Below are positions 45,207-58,050 of a DNA stretch of 64,000 bases, in pieces. The translations under genes and the position numbers were made by a program. The DNA is taken from NCBI RefSeq assembly GCF_009914755.1, contig NC_060930.1, one strand, 5' to 3'. Numbering within the stretch: the first letter of the stretch is position 1; the number at the start of each line of letters is the position of its first letter. The notes under the pieces were generated by a model, which searched no databases, was not told where the DNA came from, and saw nothing but the letters and a program-made list of their open reading frames with translations. This DNA is from the human T2T-CHM13v2.0 reference genome, Homo sapiens.

Positions 45207-45549
45207 GTACCATAACCTAATTTACCTGGAAATGACATGTACTGGAGAAAAGCAGACATTCGTTGGCCTTGGATGGTTTGAGTCAGTAAATTATTAAATA
45301 ACCTTTTTTTTTTGTTTCTGAAACTTTAATGAAGATCTAAATAAAAATGAAAATTATTGCAGCCAAAAGAAGAAATAAAATGATTGAAAAATAGTTCTGT
45401 CTAATGAGCTTGACCCTTATGAGTGCTCAGATCAACTCTTCCCCTCTCCCACACTTATGCAGGGAGCTCTCAGATCAGGCTGCCCCCTCTTTCTCTCAGG
45501 TGCTCCCCTGGAAACCTGGAGACTTCTAAGGAAGTTAGACCTGTTAGAA

Positions 45550-45757
45550 CAGGGGTGTCCAATCTTTTGGCTTTCCTGGGCCACATTGGAAGAAGAATTG
45601 TCTTAGGCCACACATAAAATACGCTAACACTAACGATAGATGATGAGCTAAAAAAAATTGCAAACAAATATCATGTTTTAAGAAAGTTTATGAATTTGTG
45701 TTGGGCCACATTCAAAGCCATCCTGGGATGCATGTGGCTATGCGTTGGACAAGCTTG
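45550..45757 (+). mobile_element. MER30 (hAT-Charlie MITE)
   Basis: CAGGGGTGTCCAATCTTTTGG...TTGGACAAGCTTG; 8-bp TSD TGTTAGAA at 45542-45549 and 45758-45765. Confidence 0.93.
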
Positions 45758-46517
45758 TGTTAGAAGATCAAGTGAGGGAAAATCAACTGAGACATCTCTT
45801 CTTCAAGATTCTAGAAACTTTTAAGTTTTGCCACTAATTTAAACACTTGGTAAAGGCAACACTGTATATTTTTCTTCCCGGTGCCTAGTAGATTATGTGT
45901 ATTTAGATATTTACTAATCCAAATTATATTGAAAAAATGTTTTTTATGTTGAAAGGAGACACTAGTAAATTTTTTTCCTAAAACACTAGGTACATAGCTA
46001 ACTATTTCTTCCTGAACATAGATTTTTGATGTAAAGAATGAGAAAATAATGATTTTCATGTTTCTGTTTTTCACACATGCTAAAAGAACTGACTACTCAT
46101 GAAGTTATAATGGAAGAGTATGTGGAGATACACCTTGTGTGTTTCACTTACTGCTGTAACTGAAACAATGAAAAAAATTTTCCCATAATGGATATTAATC
46201 TATTCTAAGCCAAAAGGCAACACATTCCCAAAATGTTTCTGTCTAAAATATTTTTATTTTAGGTTTGCCACAAGAATTACCATTTCCTTTCACTTGACAT
46301 AAAATAAAGCCACTATCAAGAGTATTACTTTACTTAATATTTTTACAACGACATTTGGACATTGTCTTAACATAATCAGTGTTAAAGCAGCCAGGAGAAG
46401 AGCTGTTTAGAAGACTCTTCCAGTTCAGTTTCTATATTGAAATATGAAGTGTTAATTTTGAGGTATGAAAGCAGGGTCCCAGAGCCTTTGAAGATCTGTT
46501 ATGGAAATGGTCTAGAG

Positions 46518-46740
46518 AAGGGTTCAACAATTTGTGGTCCTCAGGCTAGCTGCTCGTATTTTGTAAGTACATTTTTATCAGAAAACAGTCATGTTCATTT
46601 GTTTACTTACTAGGTATGGCTGTTTTCCAGCTACAAAGGCAGAGTTGAGCAGTTGTGACAGAGGTCATTGGGTCTGGAAGCTTCAATGATTTACTATTTA
46701 CTGTTAAGGTAAATTTTAAGAAAAGCTTCCCTAGCCCCTA
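46518..46740. mobile_element. MER58A
   Basis: CATGTTCATTTGTTTAC..GCTACAAAGGCAGAGTTGAGCAGTTGTGACAGAG; flanked by GTCTAGAG and GTTTAGAG. Confidence 0.75.
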
Positions 46741-46748
46741 GTTTAGAG

Positions 46749-47250
46749 AAGGACTGTCCCATAAATAGATATGATAGGGAGGCCGAGGCGGGTGGATCAC
46801 AAGGTCAGGAGATAGAGACCATCCTGGCTAACATGGTGAAACCCTGTCTCCACTAAAAAATACAAAAAATTAGCCTGGCGTCGTGGCAGTCGCCTGTAGT
46901 CCCAGCTACTCAGGAGGTTGAGGCAGGACATGAACCCAGGAGGCGGAGCTTGCAGTGAGCCGAAATCGTGCCACTGCACTCCAGCCTGGGCCACAGAGCA
47001 AGACTCCATCTCAAAAAAAAAAAAAAGATATGATGATGGAAATATTTTGTATCTATGCTGATATGGTACCCACTAGCCACATGTGAATATTAAGTACTTG
47101 AAATATGACTACTATGAATGAGGAATTAAATTTTCATCTTGTCTCATTGTAATTAATTAACATTAAAATTTAAATAGCCACATGTGGCTATTGGCTACTG
47201 TATTAGCACAGACATGGAACAACTTCATTGAAGTCCACTGAGCAGTGCTT
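46749..47250. mobile_element. MER3/MER33-type MITE, interrupted by an Alu
   Basis: GATGATGGAAATATTTTGTATCT..CACTAGCCACATGTG..AAATAGCCACATGTGGCTA. Confidence 0.7.
46777..47025 (+). mobile_element. 5'-truncated AluY
   Basis: Starts at GGGAGGCCGAGG; TSD AGATATGAT at 46767-46775 and 47026-47034. Confidence 0.9.
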
Positions 47251-47436
47251 CCCTAGATCCACAGTCAGGAAACTGTTTCTTAAAGGGCCACATAACAAAT
47301 AGCGTGACTTAGAGCATTTGAAATGTGGCTAATGAAAATGAGACACTGAAGTTTTAATTTTTTTTTACTGTAATAAATCAAAATTTAAAAGCCACATGTG
47401 GCTAGTGGCTGCTGTAGCCGAGCGAGTGGGCTAGAG

Positions 47437-47716
47437 CAGGGATTCCCATGGTGTGGTACACAGATCAGTGGCATCAACATTAACTGGGAACTTGCAAGAA
47501 ATGAAAACCCTTGATTCTCACAGCATATCTACTGAATTAGAATCTCTGGGGATGGGGCTCAGGAATCTTATCTAACAAGTACTCAAGGGCAGTGTCTCTC
47601 CAAATTTAGCATGCATCACAATTACCTGGCAGGCATTTTAAAACCCAGATTTCTAAGATGTCCCCAAGGAATGCAAAAATACTACTGGTCCATGGACCAT
47701 ACTTTGAGTAGCAGGG
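47437..47716. mobile_element. MER5A/MER5-type MITE fragments
   Basis: GGCATCAACATTAACTGGGAACTTGCAAGAAATG..TACTGAATTAGAATCTCTGGGGATGGGGC..GGTCCATGGACCATACTTTGAGTAGC. Confidence 0.7.
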
Positions 47717-47724
47717 GTCTAGGA

Positions 47725-49610
47725 CAGCAGTCTGCAAAGTCAGGTGTGTTTTAGAAAATCCATTGAGTTACAGGAAAACATATTAAACTTTCTATTTCTA
47801 TTTACTCTCTCACCTAAAATAAGTAAATTTAGCTTTGTTATCAAGTGTTATATTCTCAGTTAGTCCCTATGTCAAATGGTGATTATGCTGATGGGTTGAC
47901 TGTAGCCTCATTGGCTTTTTACTTTTAATTCTATTTTTTAAATTATCATACAGTAAATTTGATTTTTTCTCTTTTGGTTTACAGTTTCATAAATTATAAC
48001 ACATGTATACATGTGTTTCATAAAACCACCACCATATTAGGATACAGAACAGTTCCATCACTATAAAAAACTCCTTTTTGCTATTTCTTCATAGTCTCCT
48101 CTCCCTCCACTCATAATCTCTGGCAACCACTTGATAGATTTATCTTTTCAAGGAAGCAATACAAATGGAATTATAAAATATGTGACCTTTGGAGACTGGC
48201 TTCTTTCAGTCAGCATAATTCTTTTGCAATTCACTCATGTTGTCGTATGTACCAATAGTATGTTCCTATTCGTTGCTGAATAGTATTTCATTGTGTGACT
48301 ATACTATAGTTTATCTATCTGTTGACCTATTGAAGTCCATAGGCAATTATACATAGAGCCGTTTAAATATGCATAAACATAGTTTTAATTTGTCTAGGCC
48401 GTTCAGTGTATGCTTAACTTTATAAAAAACTATCAAAATGTTTTCCAGAGTGATTGTACCATTTTGCATTTCCACTGACAATACATGAGCATTCTAGTTG
48501 CTTCACATCCATGTCAGCATTTGGCATTGTCAATATTTTTAGCTTTAGTCATTCTAATAAGTAAGTGTACTATATTGCGGTTTTATTTGCATTTTCTTAA
48601 TGCCTAATGACATTAAATATCTTTTCATGTGCTTATTTGCCATTTCTATGTCTTTTCTTGTGAAATATATGTTCTTCTCTTGGGAAAAGAGTCATATTAA
48701 TTTGATTAATTCATTATCCCGTTTAGGTAATGCACAAAACAGTTAAATGTGTTTATAAGAGTCCCGTAAAGGAAATTCTGGTTGAGAAAATACTAAGAAG
48801 GCAGGTACAAGGAAACAATAAAATGGCACACCTCAGACTTTGTCCCTAATAGAAGCTCTTTATCATCCAAACTCAGAAAATTGCTTTCAGTGGTAAGTGA
48901 CCTGGCATATATATTTGTAAACATGTCATTTTTAATAAGGAGTGAAAAAGAAATGACTTTTGAAATATATTAATGCTATGGAGAAAGGTTTTTATAAATG
49001 ATTGTTAAGAAAAATTGGGGTGATTTTGTTGCTAAAAACAATACAAATATGTCATCTATTTATAATTCTCACATCTGAACACTTAAAAGCTTTGGAAAAA
49101 GGATTATCAAACCTGTTTTTGTATATCCTAACTGAGGAACTTCAACTGTACTATTGGCTGTAAGTACAAAATTGAATCTCCAATTTACTTCCAAGGACAA
49201 CTGAATGACATCAGGGAAGATGAAAATTTAGTAGTCACATTTCAACAAAGTTTTTTTCATAATTTAAAAAGGAAAAATTAGTATTAATAATCAAGGTTGA
49301 ATTTAGTATTAAAAAATTAGGGTTGAAAAAATTAGTATTGTGATTTTTGTAAGTACGGACAATCATAGACTTCTTCCATATAATCATTATCTTTGAGAGA
49401 TATCTTTTTCAGTCATGACAAATATCAAAATCAAGAATTAAAACAAATTGAAATTATTACTATTTGAATTAGTATCCCCGTAAACACTTTAGTGTTATCA
49501 TTGATAATGTATTTTCTGAAAGCAAAATCTTTTGTACCATCAATAAACAAAATGTAAATTATTTCAAGAATATGTATTTCTTCTTTATTCCATTATTCTA
49601 AAGTCTCATT
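47725..49610. mobile_element. Charlie-type hAT transposon relic (Charlie4-like), interrupted by an L1
   Basis: CAGCAGTCTGCAAAGT..AATCCATTG..TATTAAACTTTCTATTT start; internal ACAACTGAATGACATCAGGGAAGATGAAAATTTA. Confidence 0.5.
47920..48680 (-). mobile_element. L1MC-type 3' fragment
   Basis: ACCACCACCATATTAGGATACAGAACAGTTCCATCAC; TTCCAGAGTGATTGTACCATTTTGCATTTCCAC. Confidence 0.8.
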
Positions 49611-49880
49611 GGCTGGGCATACTCATGCCTGTAATCCCAGTAGTTTGGGATCTCTTGAGCCGAGGAGTTCAAGTCCAGCCTGGGCAACATAGTAAGGCCC
49701 TGTCTCTACAAAAAATACAAAATTTAGCCAGGCATGGTGGTGTGGACCTGAAGTCTCAGCTGCTTGGGAGGCTGAGGTGGGAGGATTGCTTGAGCCCAGG
49801 AAGTAGAAACGGCAGTGAGCCAGTCATGCCACTCCACTTCAATCTTGGGGAACAAAGTGAGACTTTGTCTCCAAAAAAAT
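49611..49880 (+). mobile_element. AluJ (internal deletion in the left arm)
   Basis: TTGAGCCGAGGAGTTCAAG, GGGCAACATAG and GGAGGATTGCTTGAGCCCAGG. Confidence 0.85.
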
Positions 49881-52800
49881 TTTTTTTAATGAATAAAATC
49901 TATTTGTATATATATTAATGTTTAGAATATACTTACTGATTATTGATGGGGTGGGTGATCACTCCATCACCCCTAGGCAAGAGCATGCCAAACCCTTGAG
50001 GAGAATATGTCTGATTGGCTGCATGGGGATTCTGTTTGAGAATTTTGGAGAGATAAAGAGATAGAGAGAAACAGAGGGAGAGAGAATGAAAGAGTGAGAG
50101 ATAAGGTATGCGGTATAGGCAAGTGTCTTAGACACTTCCTAGATGTCTGCTCTATAGACAGAGGCCTTCTATTAGATTAAAAGCACCGAGGCTGAGGATA
50201 AAGGGAAGATTGAAGAATTGCAGACTTAAACAAAATATTGAGCCTGACTTCTAGGATATTGAATTCTGATGAGATGGTCAGAGATGTACAACTTAAAATA
50301 TCACTTACTCTGTAATTTTGCCAAGAGCTTGCTCTTTGGCTGGGCTTTCAGTGTTCTCTAGAAGACTGTGCCTTGATAAGGGTGATCTGTATTATTTTAG
50401 ATGGAGACAGCAAGATAAAGATATTTGTTGAGTTAAGATGTTCATAATGCTATGGCTACCAGACATGGCTACATAGATCTATATAGATCCCAAGGACAGA
50501 TCCAGAATATTCTTTCTGCAAGGAGCAAAACGAGTCTTTAAAATCAAATTTAAACAAGGCACCAAAAATGTTTGCATGATTCTAATTATAATTAAATACT
50601 GAATACTTTGAAAGTTTCGAAGTCATAAGGAGAATCATAGATAAAATATGTGTTAGGAAAATGATGTGCATAAACTTGAAAAAATAACCTTCCTAACTTT
50701 GAGACCATCATTTCTAAAAAGTAGGATGGAAACATATATTGTCTCACGTGGTATTGTTATGCCTTGATATTACTTATGTATACAGTTTTAAAAAGAGGAG
50801 CCATCAACATAGCAGACCCAAAACTGTATAACTAAACATCTACAGGGAAAAGTAAAATTAATAAATATTCTATGTACCATATTGAGAAAAGAAGAATGGA
50901 AGACTAGAGATCTGACTAAAGATATGAAAGGAACATTAAGAACAGGACATGAATTAATTACTCTCATTAATTAATAAGGAGTAGTTTTAATTGCAAAGGA
51001 AAACATCTTTATAAATTATTATTTAAAGCATAATAAATGTTAATTAGAAAAATCAAGAAATTTAGCAAGCTGTCAGGGAAAGTGGTTAAATGACTTTTAG
51101 AGGATATATTCAGAATATGAGAACCTAATTACTCAAATCCTGCTATTGTGTACATGGCTAGAATAGCTACAGATGTGGAATATATATACTCCACATCACT
51201 GGCAATATTTTCTTATCTGATGTGATAGCCAACCTAACTGTTTCATCAAACTTCTTAATTTGCTGGTAAAAATAAGAGTCAGTTGGAAATAGAGATAGAA
51301 TTGACACTTGACTAGCTCTATTAAATTCATACATTTATATTACATACTCCTTAGAAATCTTGATGTGAGAGACAAAACAATAAATTATTCATTGTTCCCT
51401 TACTTTTCTCGTTATAGGGTAACTATTTCCCAAAGTTTTTAAAGCCTATTCTACATATCCATTTTAGAGGTATTTTTCAATATCTTGTTAATTCAAAATT
51501 TGATTGTTAATTTCATTTTATGATGAGAAGAGATAAAAGATCATATTCAAGATTGGAGAGAAAAAAAGAAAGAAAAACACAGAGAAGCAATGAGGAAAAC
51601 AGAATGAAATATAAAACCTGTTGGCCCTTATCTCTTTCCACAGGTCTTTTATTTATTAGGACTGCGCCCCTCCTCCATGAAGTTATGCTCAATCAGGAGA
51701 GTATTTCATCCCCAATCATATTAAAACAAGCCCTGCCCCCTCTTCTTTCCTATTTCTTCCCAGCCCCCAGCTCACACCTTCCATCGTCTGTGAAAGATAT
51801 TTCTCTGTTCACGTGTTAGTGAATGAGGTCTCTCAGGGTGTTTGTCACTGTCATGTTTTGATTGTTTGTCTACATCATCCAGACTTTGTTTCATCTTTGG
51901 CACACAGACATTGAAATGAAATGGTATGTAGGAAAATCCAGGTTGCCTTTATAACAAAGAGCATGTTGCCTCTTTAGGGAACAATGAAACACGATGAATA
52001 GCTATTCAATTTTTTGTAGTATTTTCAGCACTGGAGAAAGCAAAAATCTGGCCCAACATTGAGAGTGGCCATGTCTTTTGTAGCCAGTACTGGAATGGTT
52101 AATTACTTTGCAGTTCTCTAAGAAGACAACAATGAGCAGGCTCCTGCCACTGCATCACAACCTAAAACAAAACTGACAGATCGCACTCCACAACTGAAAC
52201 AGATGGTTGCTTACGGGGCTGACAAAGCGAATGTAAACTGTAGAGGCTTTTATTCTCTGCCGCAGCCCTAAAGAGGTGAAAAGAACACCTTCATTTCTGG
52301 AAGGGGACACACACACAGACACAAACACACACACACACAAACATACACCCCAACATGCATGCACGCACCCCACAAAAGCTAAATTCTTGCATGCTGTCGC
52401 CTCCATAAACTATTGCAAAATCTTTAGTCATGAGAGATTGCATTCAGGAGAAATTGAAATGTGGTTCTGTGCCTTTCCACAAACATGAAGAATAATGGAC
52501 TTTTAAAATATTGGAGTGGACAGGATAGAGGGAGAAATGCTTCCACCTCGAACCTGCTTCTGAGTTACGAATGACAGTTTTTCAAACCATTCATTTTTAG
52601 AACCTAGGAAGACAGAGAATATGCTAGTATGTTGAAAAGTCACAAAACTAAGAGAAAAGTGTTTTATAATTTTGAAAAGAAGGTCTCTTAATCTTCAGAG
52701 ATGGGTCATTTGGCTCAGAAGTATTTAAACAAACAGTATGGTAACTGGCAATGTGTCTTTTCAAGATACTAATAAGGTGGAAGGCAGGAACATGTTCAGG

Positions 52801-52914
52801 GATATTCTCATAGCTCTTAAGATGAGAACAAGAATGAAAAGAAGAAAAAGAGAATGTAAACTGAAAGTCAAGGAAGCCAACTCTGCTTCAACTACTATTT
52901 TATTGGGGAACATT

Positions 52915-53204
52915 CTATTTATTTATTATTTATTTATTGAGACTGAGTCTTGCTCTGCTGCCCTGGCTGGAGTGCAGTGGCGCCATCTTGGCTGCAAACT
53001 CCACCTCCCAGATTCAAGAGATTCTCACGGCTCAGCCTCCAGAGTAGCTGGGACTACAGGCACGCACCACCACCATTTTTTTTTGTACTTTTAGAAGAGA
53101 GATGGGGTTTTGCGATATAGGCCAGGCTGATCTTGAACTCCTGACCTCAAGTGATCTGCCCTCCTTGGCCTCCCAAAGTACTGAGATTATAGGTGTGAGC
53201 CAGA
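52915..53204 (-). mobile_element. Alu (AluS/J) with (TTTA)n tail
   Basis: Antisense Alu; TSD GGAACATT at 52907-52914 and 53205-53212. Confidence 0.9.
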
Positions 53205-55764
53205 GGAACATTGGTTTAAAGTAGCTCTGGCATTCCCCCATGGCTTCAGTATTTCAGTGCTCTGTCATTTTGACTTGTAGATAGGACTCGCAAATGATCA
53301 TAGAAATGCTGACCACTGTAGATTAGAAAGTTGTGTGACTTGGCTTTCCAAACTATGTGAGGCTCGAACTGTGTTCTTACTCCTCTTGTGACTTAGAAGA
53401 GTATGTCCTATCAGCTCAGGGGTAGAAACACTAGGTACCGTTTGCTTTGTAAAAATGCTGGAGCCCAGGGGAGGGAGACAACCTTCTCATTTGGTCCTAT
53501 AAACATTTTTGGCACTCAGTTGACTGGGATAATTGGATTGTCTCCAGTTTGTAGAAGTTTTGTGAAGTCAGTTAAGTGTTATATTTTGTGTTGGGTCTCT
53601 TTTCCTCATCAGTTTCCTATTTTATTTTACAGGCTTATTCTTCCTCTTTCTACTAAATTTAATACTTCCTCTTTCTAACTCACTGTATAATCCAATTCTT
53701 ATTTTATAGCTTTAGCGTTTCTTTCAGTGCCTGTCCCACCTTTTTACTTTCCCATTTGGTCTTCTTCATCTGCTATTTTTACCTGGGGGATTCTATTAAC
53801 TCACTGGGGCTCAGCTGTCACCTGCTGCGCATGTTAATGACCCCACCAGCGTCCCCCTTCCTGGCTCTGCCCTGTTGCATTTTTCTGCCTTTCTCCTGAC
53901 ACTTCTCTGCTTCTCACATGAGGCCACCTGCACACCAAATGAGGTCAATATGCCCCAGACGCGAGGGTGCTTCATAAAACAGTTTATTGTTGATATTTCT
54001 TCCCAAAGCATCTCTCTCCTACCAGTTGTTCTGTTCAGAGAGCCAGTGACTCTTTTCATTCCAGCCTCTTACTTAAGAGCATTTCACTTCTGCTTCTCCC
54101 TGTTTACACAGCCCCTTGGCAAATGCTTTTTGCTTTTTTTTCCCCCTTTTCACTGACCAGCTTCACAATTCACCTCTTCCTCTCTAATGTTCTCTCATGA
54201 CCCAATATATTTATCACATCCTTTTCATAATCTCCTCTTTGACTTTATCTGCATTTCTTCTGGTGTCTAGCCCTACAGAATTGTGTTATCGTGGCATTGT
54301 TTTGTGGGGGACATAGCAGTCAATCAAACTCTCTCCTCCTTATTATCAGAAGGCGGGGGCGGCAGGGGCAGGGGACCAGGCAAAGGGAAACATTGTGAAA
54401 TGTGGTGCTCTCTCCTTTTGTCTTAAAGAGCCTGGTCCCACCCTCTTTAACACCATCTCTATGTGTGAATCCCTGTTTTGTTCACTCAATTCCCTGTCCT
54501 CCAGGTTTCCCAGAAGCTCTTTTCGTCATTTCCAGTGAAATGTTCATGGTTGAAACATGTTTCCTCCTGTGTAACTGTGTAGATCCTTTTTGTCTTTTTC
54601 ATGTTCCTGCCAGGAAAATCAAGCACTCTGTGTTTGAAATGTAAACATTGCTTCTTGGTGTTCCAAACCATCAATTATCATGCCTCTAGTTATACATAAA
54701 ATTTTGATTCCTCAATTTAGACTCTGTAACAAGAATGTATTACATTAACTGATGTCCCTGTCTGAAGAATCATGTAGCTATCATTCGGTGAGGAGGTGCT
54801 GCCCTGATGGAACTGACCTGTAGGGTCTTAGTTTTTTCTGGGATCTGCTGATATACCACTCCTACTCTGGTTTATTCCAAAAAGTGGGTAGGTCAGAGGA
54901 AGAGTAGAACTCAATCCCCTGCCAGCCTTCAGGGTATCTATTTTAATGACGGACAAAAGTTCTCAGCAAATATCTTCTGTTATCCTCAGCTTAAAAAAAA
55001 ATCTTGGCAAATATTTACCCCAATTCTCTAGTGGGCATTTCCTGCAAAGCCAGGCTCCACTTTAGAGAAAAAGAGGTTCTCTAGGGAGTGAGCTTCTGAA
55101 ATTGCTTCTCCCAATATTCTATAATGTGTCAACATTCATAATTGTAATATCTATCCCTCTTTTATGGATGTGAAAAGTAAAGCAGAACGAATCTGTGTTC
55201 CTTTTAGACAGGACTTGGGTCTCCACTATGGTGGCTTATAAATAATAAACTCAGTTTTGCCTCTATGAGTATATATCCATGACCTAATGTATTAGCCACA
55301 GGTCAACACATTTTTTATTTAACCCAGGTGTTCTGGAGGCAGGACCTTACTCTAAGGAATGAGCAGGAAGCATGGACTATTCGCTTGGACGGGAAGATGG
55401 TGGAGAGGCTGCCATGGAGAAGGCATGGGCGTTCTGAAGGCTCCTGGCGGGCTCCACAGAGAGACCACTTTCTGACTCATGGTAGAATCACAGCTGAAAC
55501 CCTGGGATTGTCTCTTCTCTTCACTGTTCATCTCTGAAAACATAATCAATACTTCAGTGACTCTGCTGTCATGGAATACAGTAGTGTATGAATGCTTTGA
55601 AGTGCTTAGCTCTTCCCCTGCCATCTGAAGCTCATTTGACAACGACAGTGAACACTACGTTATTTTTAAATTATCACTCCTGCAGTTTACCTTTTGCCAC
55701 CTTCATATTTAGCAGTTATCATGATACCTGTGGAAATTATTGAAGCAAAATGACCCTGTATTTT

Positions 55765-55818
55765 ATACACGCACGAACACACATGCGCGCGCACACACAT
55801 ACACACACACACGCACAC
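55765..55818. repeat. Alternating purine-pyrimidine (CA/CG)n tract
   Basis: TACACGCACGAACACACATGCGCGCGCACACACATACACACACACACGCACAC. Confidence 0.85.
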
Positions 55819-55972
55819 CCCATACATATGGAAAATAAACGTTAAGGGTGAATTCATGCAGCCACTAAAATTAAGATCAAATGGTTCAGTTAATCCTTAT
55901 AGTCTAAATGCCTGGATAATGTATTCACTAAGTATTTGGATGTCAGAGTAGACTGAGTTTGTATCCTGGCTC

Positions 55973-56416
55973 TGTGATGGCTAATTTTACGAGTCAATTT
56001 GGCTATACTAAGGTACCCAGTTTTGATCAAACACCAGTTTACACATTGATGTGAGGATGTTAGATTTAAATCTGTGGACTTTGAGATGAGATCTGGTGCA
56101 TTCAGGGTGATATGGCCATAGACTAAATTTGTGGACTTTGAACGAAGCAGATTACCCTCTGTAGCATGGGTGTGCCTCATCTAATCAGTTGAAGGTCTTA
56201 GAAGACTAGCCTTGCCCTCCCCCTAGGAAGACGGAATTCTGTCCGCAAACTGTCTTTGGACTTGAACTGCAATATCAACCCTTTTCTAGCTCTTTACCCC
56301 AGGAGCCCACTCTGCAGATTTTGGACTTCCCAGCTGCCATAATCATGTGAGCCAATTCCTTAAAACAAATCTTCCTTTCTCTGGTTCTGCTTCTCTGGAG
56401 AACCTTGACTAATATA
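55973..56416 (+). mobile_element. MLT2-type (HERV-L) solo LTR
   Basis: TGTGATGGCTAATTTTACGAGTCAA..GCAGATTACCCTC..CCTCATCTAATCAGTTGAAGG..CTCTGGAGAACCTTGACTAATATA. Confidence 0.85.
56084..56123 (-). pseudogene. 5S rRNA 5'-fragment retropseudogene (tailless)
   Basis: Reverse complement GTCTATGGCCATATCACCCTGAATGCACCAGATCTCATCT matches human 5S nt 1-40 (GTCTACGGCCATACCACCCTGAACGCGCCCGATCTCGTCT) at 34/40; 18-bp TSD. Confidence 0.93.
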
Positions 56417-57769
56417 ACTTCCGTCACTTAATAGCTGTATTACTTTGGGCAAGTCATTCAACATTCTCTGTCTCAATGTCTCCATTTCTACAAATAGAAA
56501 TTATAATGGTACCTATATCACAAGAGTGTCATGAGGATTAAGTGAATTAATGTAAATAAGATTTTTAGAATAGTGCCTGACACATGGTTGTTATACAAGT
56601 CTTAGATATCGTTTTTGTTACGATTGTATATATAGTTAAACTATATATGTTTTTTCAAGCTAAAAAATAAAAATGATTTTTATTTTATTTTTTTGAAATA
56701 TAAGTAACAAAATAATCGGCAAAACCAAACCAAAACAGAACAAAAAATGAGACATCGTATGAGTGATCATCTCCAAGCACAAACCACATTCATTAATGAA
56801 TATAAAAAATAAATTGTATTCTTTTTATTTGTTTTTCCTTAAGCTTTGACTACATGGATGTTTTTGGAAGCTTGAATTCCTAAGAAAACTCCACAGCTAT
56901 CCTGGCTCCTACAATGTGACTGAGTGAGGTTAAGGTCCTACTCCCATAGGGAAATAAGTTTCTATCCTTGGGGATTCTGAACAACTAGACCCCTAGGAAC
57001 TTAAAAATCAGGTGCATTCATTAGTATCTTTCTAACATGGGAAAAATACAGCCATCAGCCATTAAAACACAATCCAGTTTGGATACAGGTACTATTCAGG
57101 TTTTCTAAGTTTTCTAGCTGAATACCAAGACTGGGCTACCATCTTTTGTAGCAACCCAGCCTGCAGCCACTGCTATCTCCCTAACTAGCAGTCTCCCAAG
57201 CTGCACTAAAACTGGGATTAACAAAGCTGAAGATAAAGCTTTTTTGACCTTTCCTCTTGGAAGTTAGAGGGCTCTTTGGGTAGGAAGGGACAGGAAGTTT
57301 TGCATCAAGCTTGCCTTCACATTCACTATTGTGCAAAAATCTACCTATCGCACACCTGTATTGAGTGTTTGAGTGTACTTACTCATCACCATAAAAGAAA
57401 GTTAGAGTAAATTAAGAAGTCTCTCTGGACGAAGCCACTCAAAACAGGCAAATTTGGTGAACCAAGGCAATTCGCTGCCTGTGGTAATAGCTTCAGTTCA
57501 CCTAAGTCATTTCCTGAAGAATCATATTAAGCTCATGATTCAGGAGGCACCTCTGGCCAGCACAGAGCACAGAAGAAAAACATAACTTCAGTTTAGGGTG
57601 AATTATATATTATTATCACTTTTAGCCAGCTGTAAGTAGCAAAATGCTGCTTAAATTACTTTTTCAAATTTAAATATTTTGTTTGCATACATCAGTCTCT
57701 TGATCCAGCTGTATTCCTTCTAACCATTTTCCTACTAACAAAGGTCTGTGAGAGGTTTTGGGGTGATGT

Positions 57770-58050
57770 TTATCAATTCAGAAACAAGCTTTTATTGAGC
57801 ACTTACTCTGTGCCAGTCTCTTGGCCGAGGACCAGATTGAACAGTGGTGAACAAGACAGACAAGTCTCGGCTTAAGGCAGCTTACTGTGTAGCACGGAAG
57901 ACTGACATTAAGCCAACACAGAAATAAATATATAACTACAGATTTCATTGCATCATGTGCAAAAAACACCCATGAAGCCAGAAGACTGAGTGTGATTTAG
58001 CTGGAGGGAAAAGTCAAGAAGAGCCAGACCAACAGAAGAACTCTTTGTGT
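57770..58050 (-). mobile_element. L2a 3' fragment
   Basis: TTTATTGAGCACTTACTCTGTGCCAG..AACAGTGGTGAACAAGACAGACAAG. Confidence 0.75.

Larger units (their letters stand above)
55925..56600 (+). mobile_element. MIR split by an MLT2 LTR
   Basis: 5' part GACTGAGTTTGTATCCTGGCTC, resuming at CACTTAATAGCTGTATTACTTTGGGCAAGTCA...TTAGAATAGTGCCTGACACAT. Confidence 0.8.

Noticed and set aside
47173-47192. Palindrome AATAGCCACATGTGGCTATT
   Set aside because: Intrinsic to the MER3/MER33 consensus.
56628-56648. ATATATAGTT-A-AACTATATAT palindrome
   Set aside because: Low-complexity (TA)n sequence; expected by chance.
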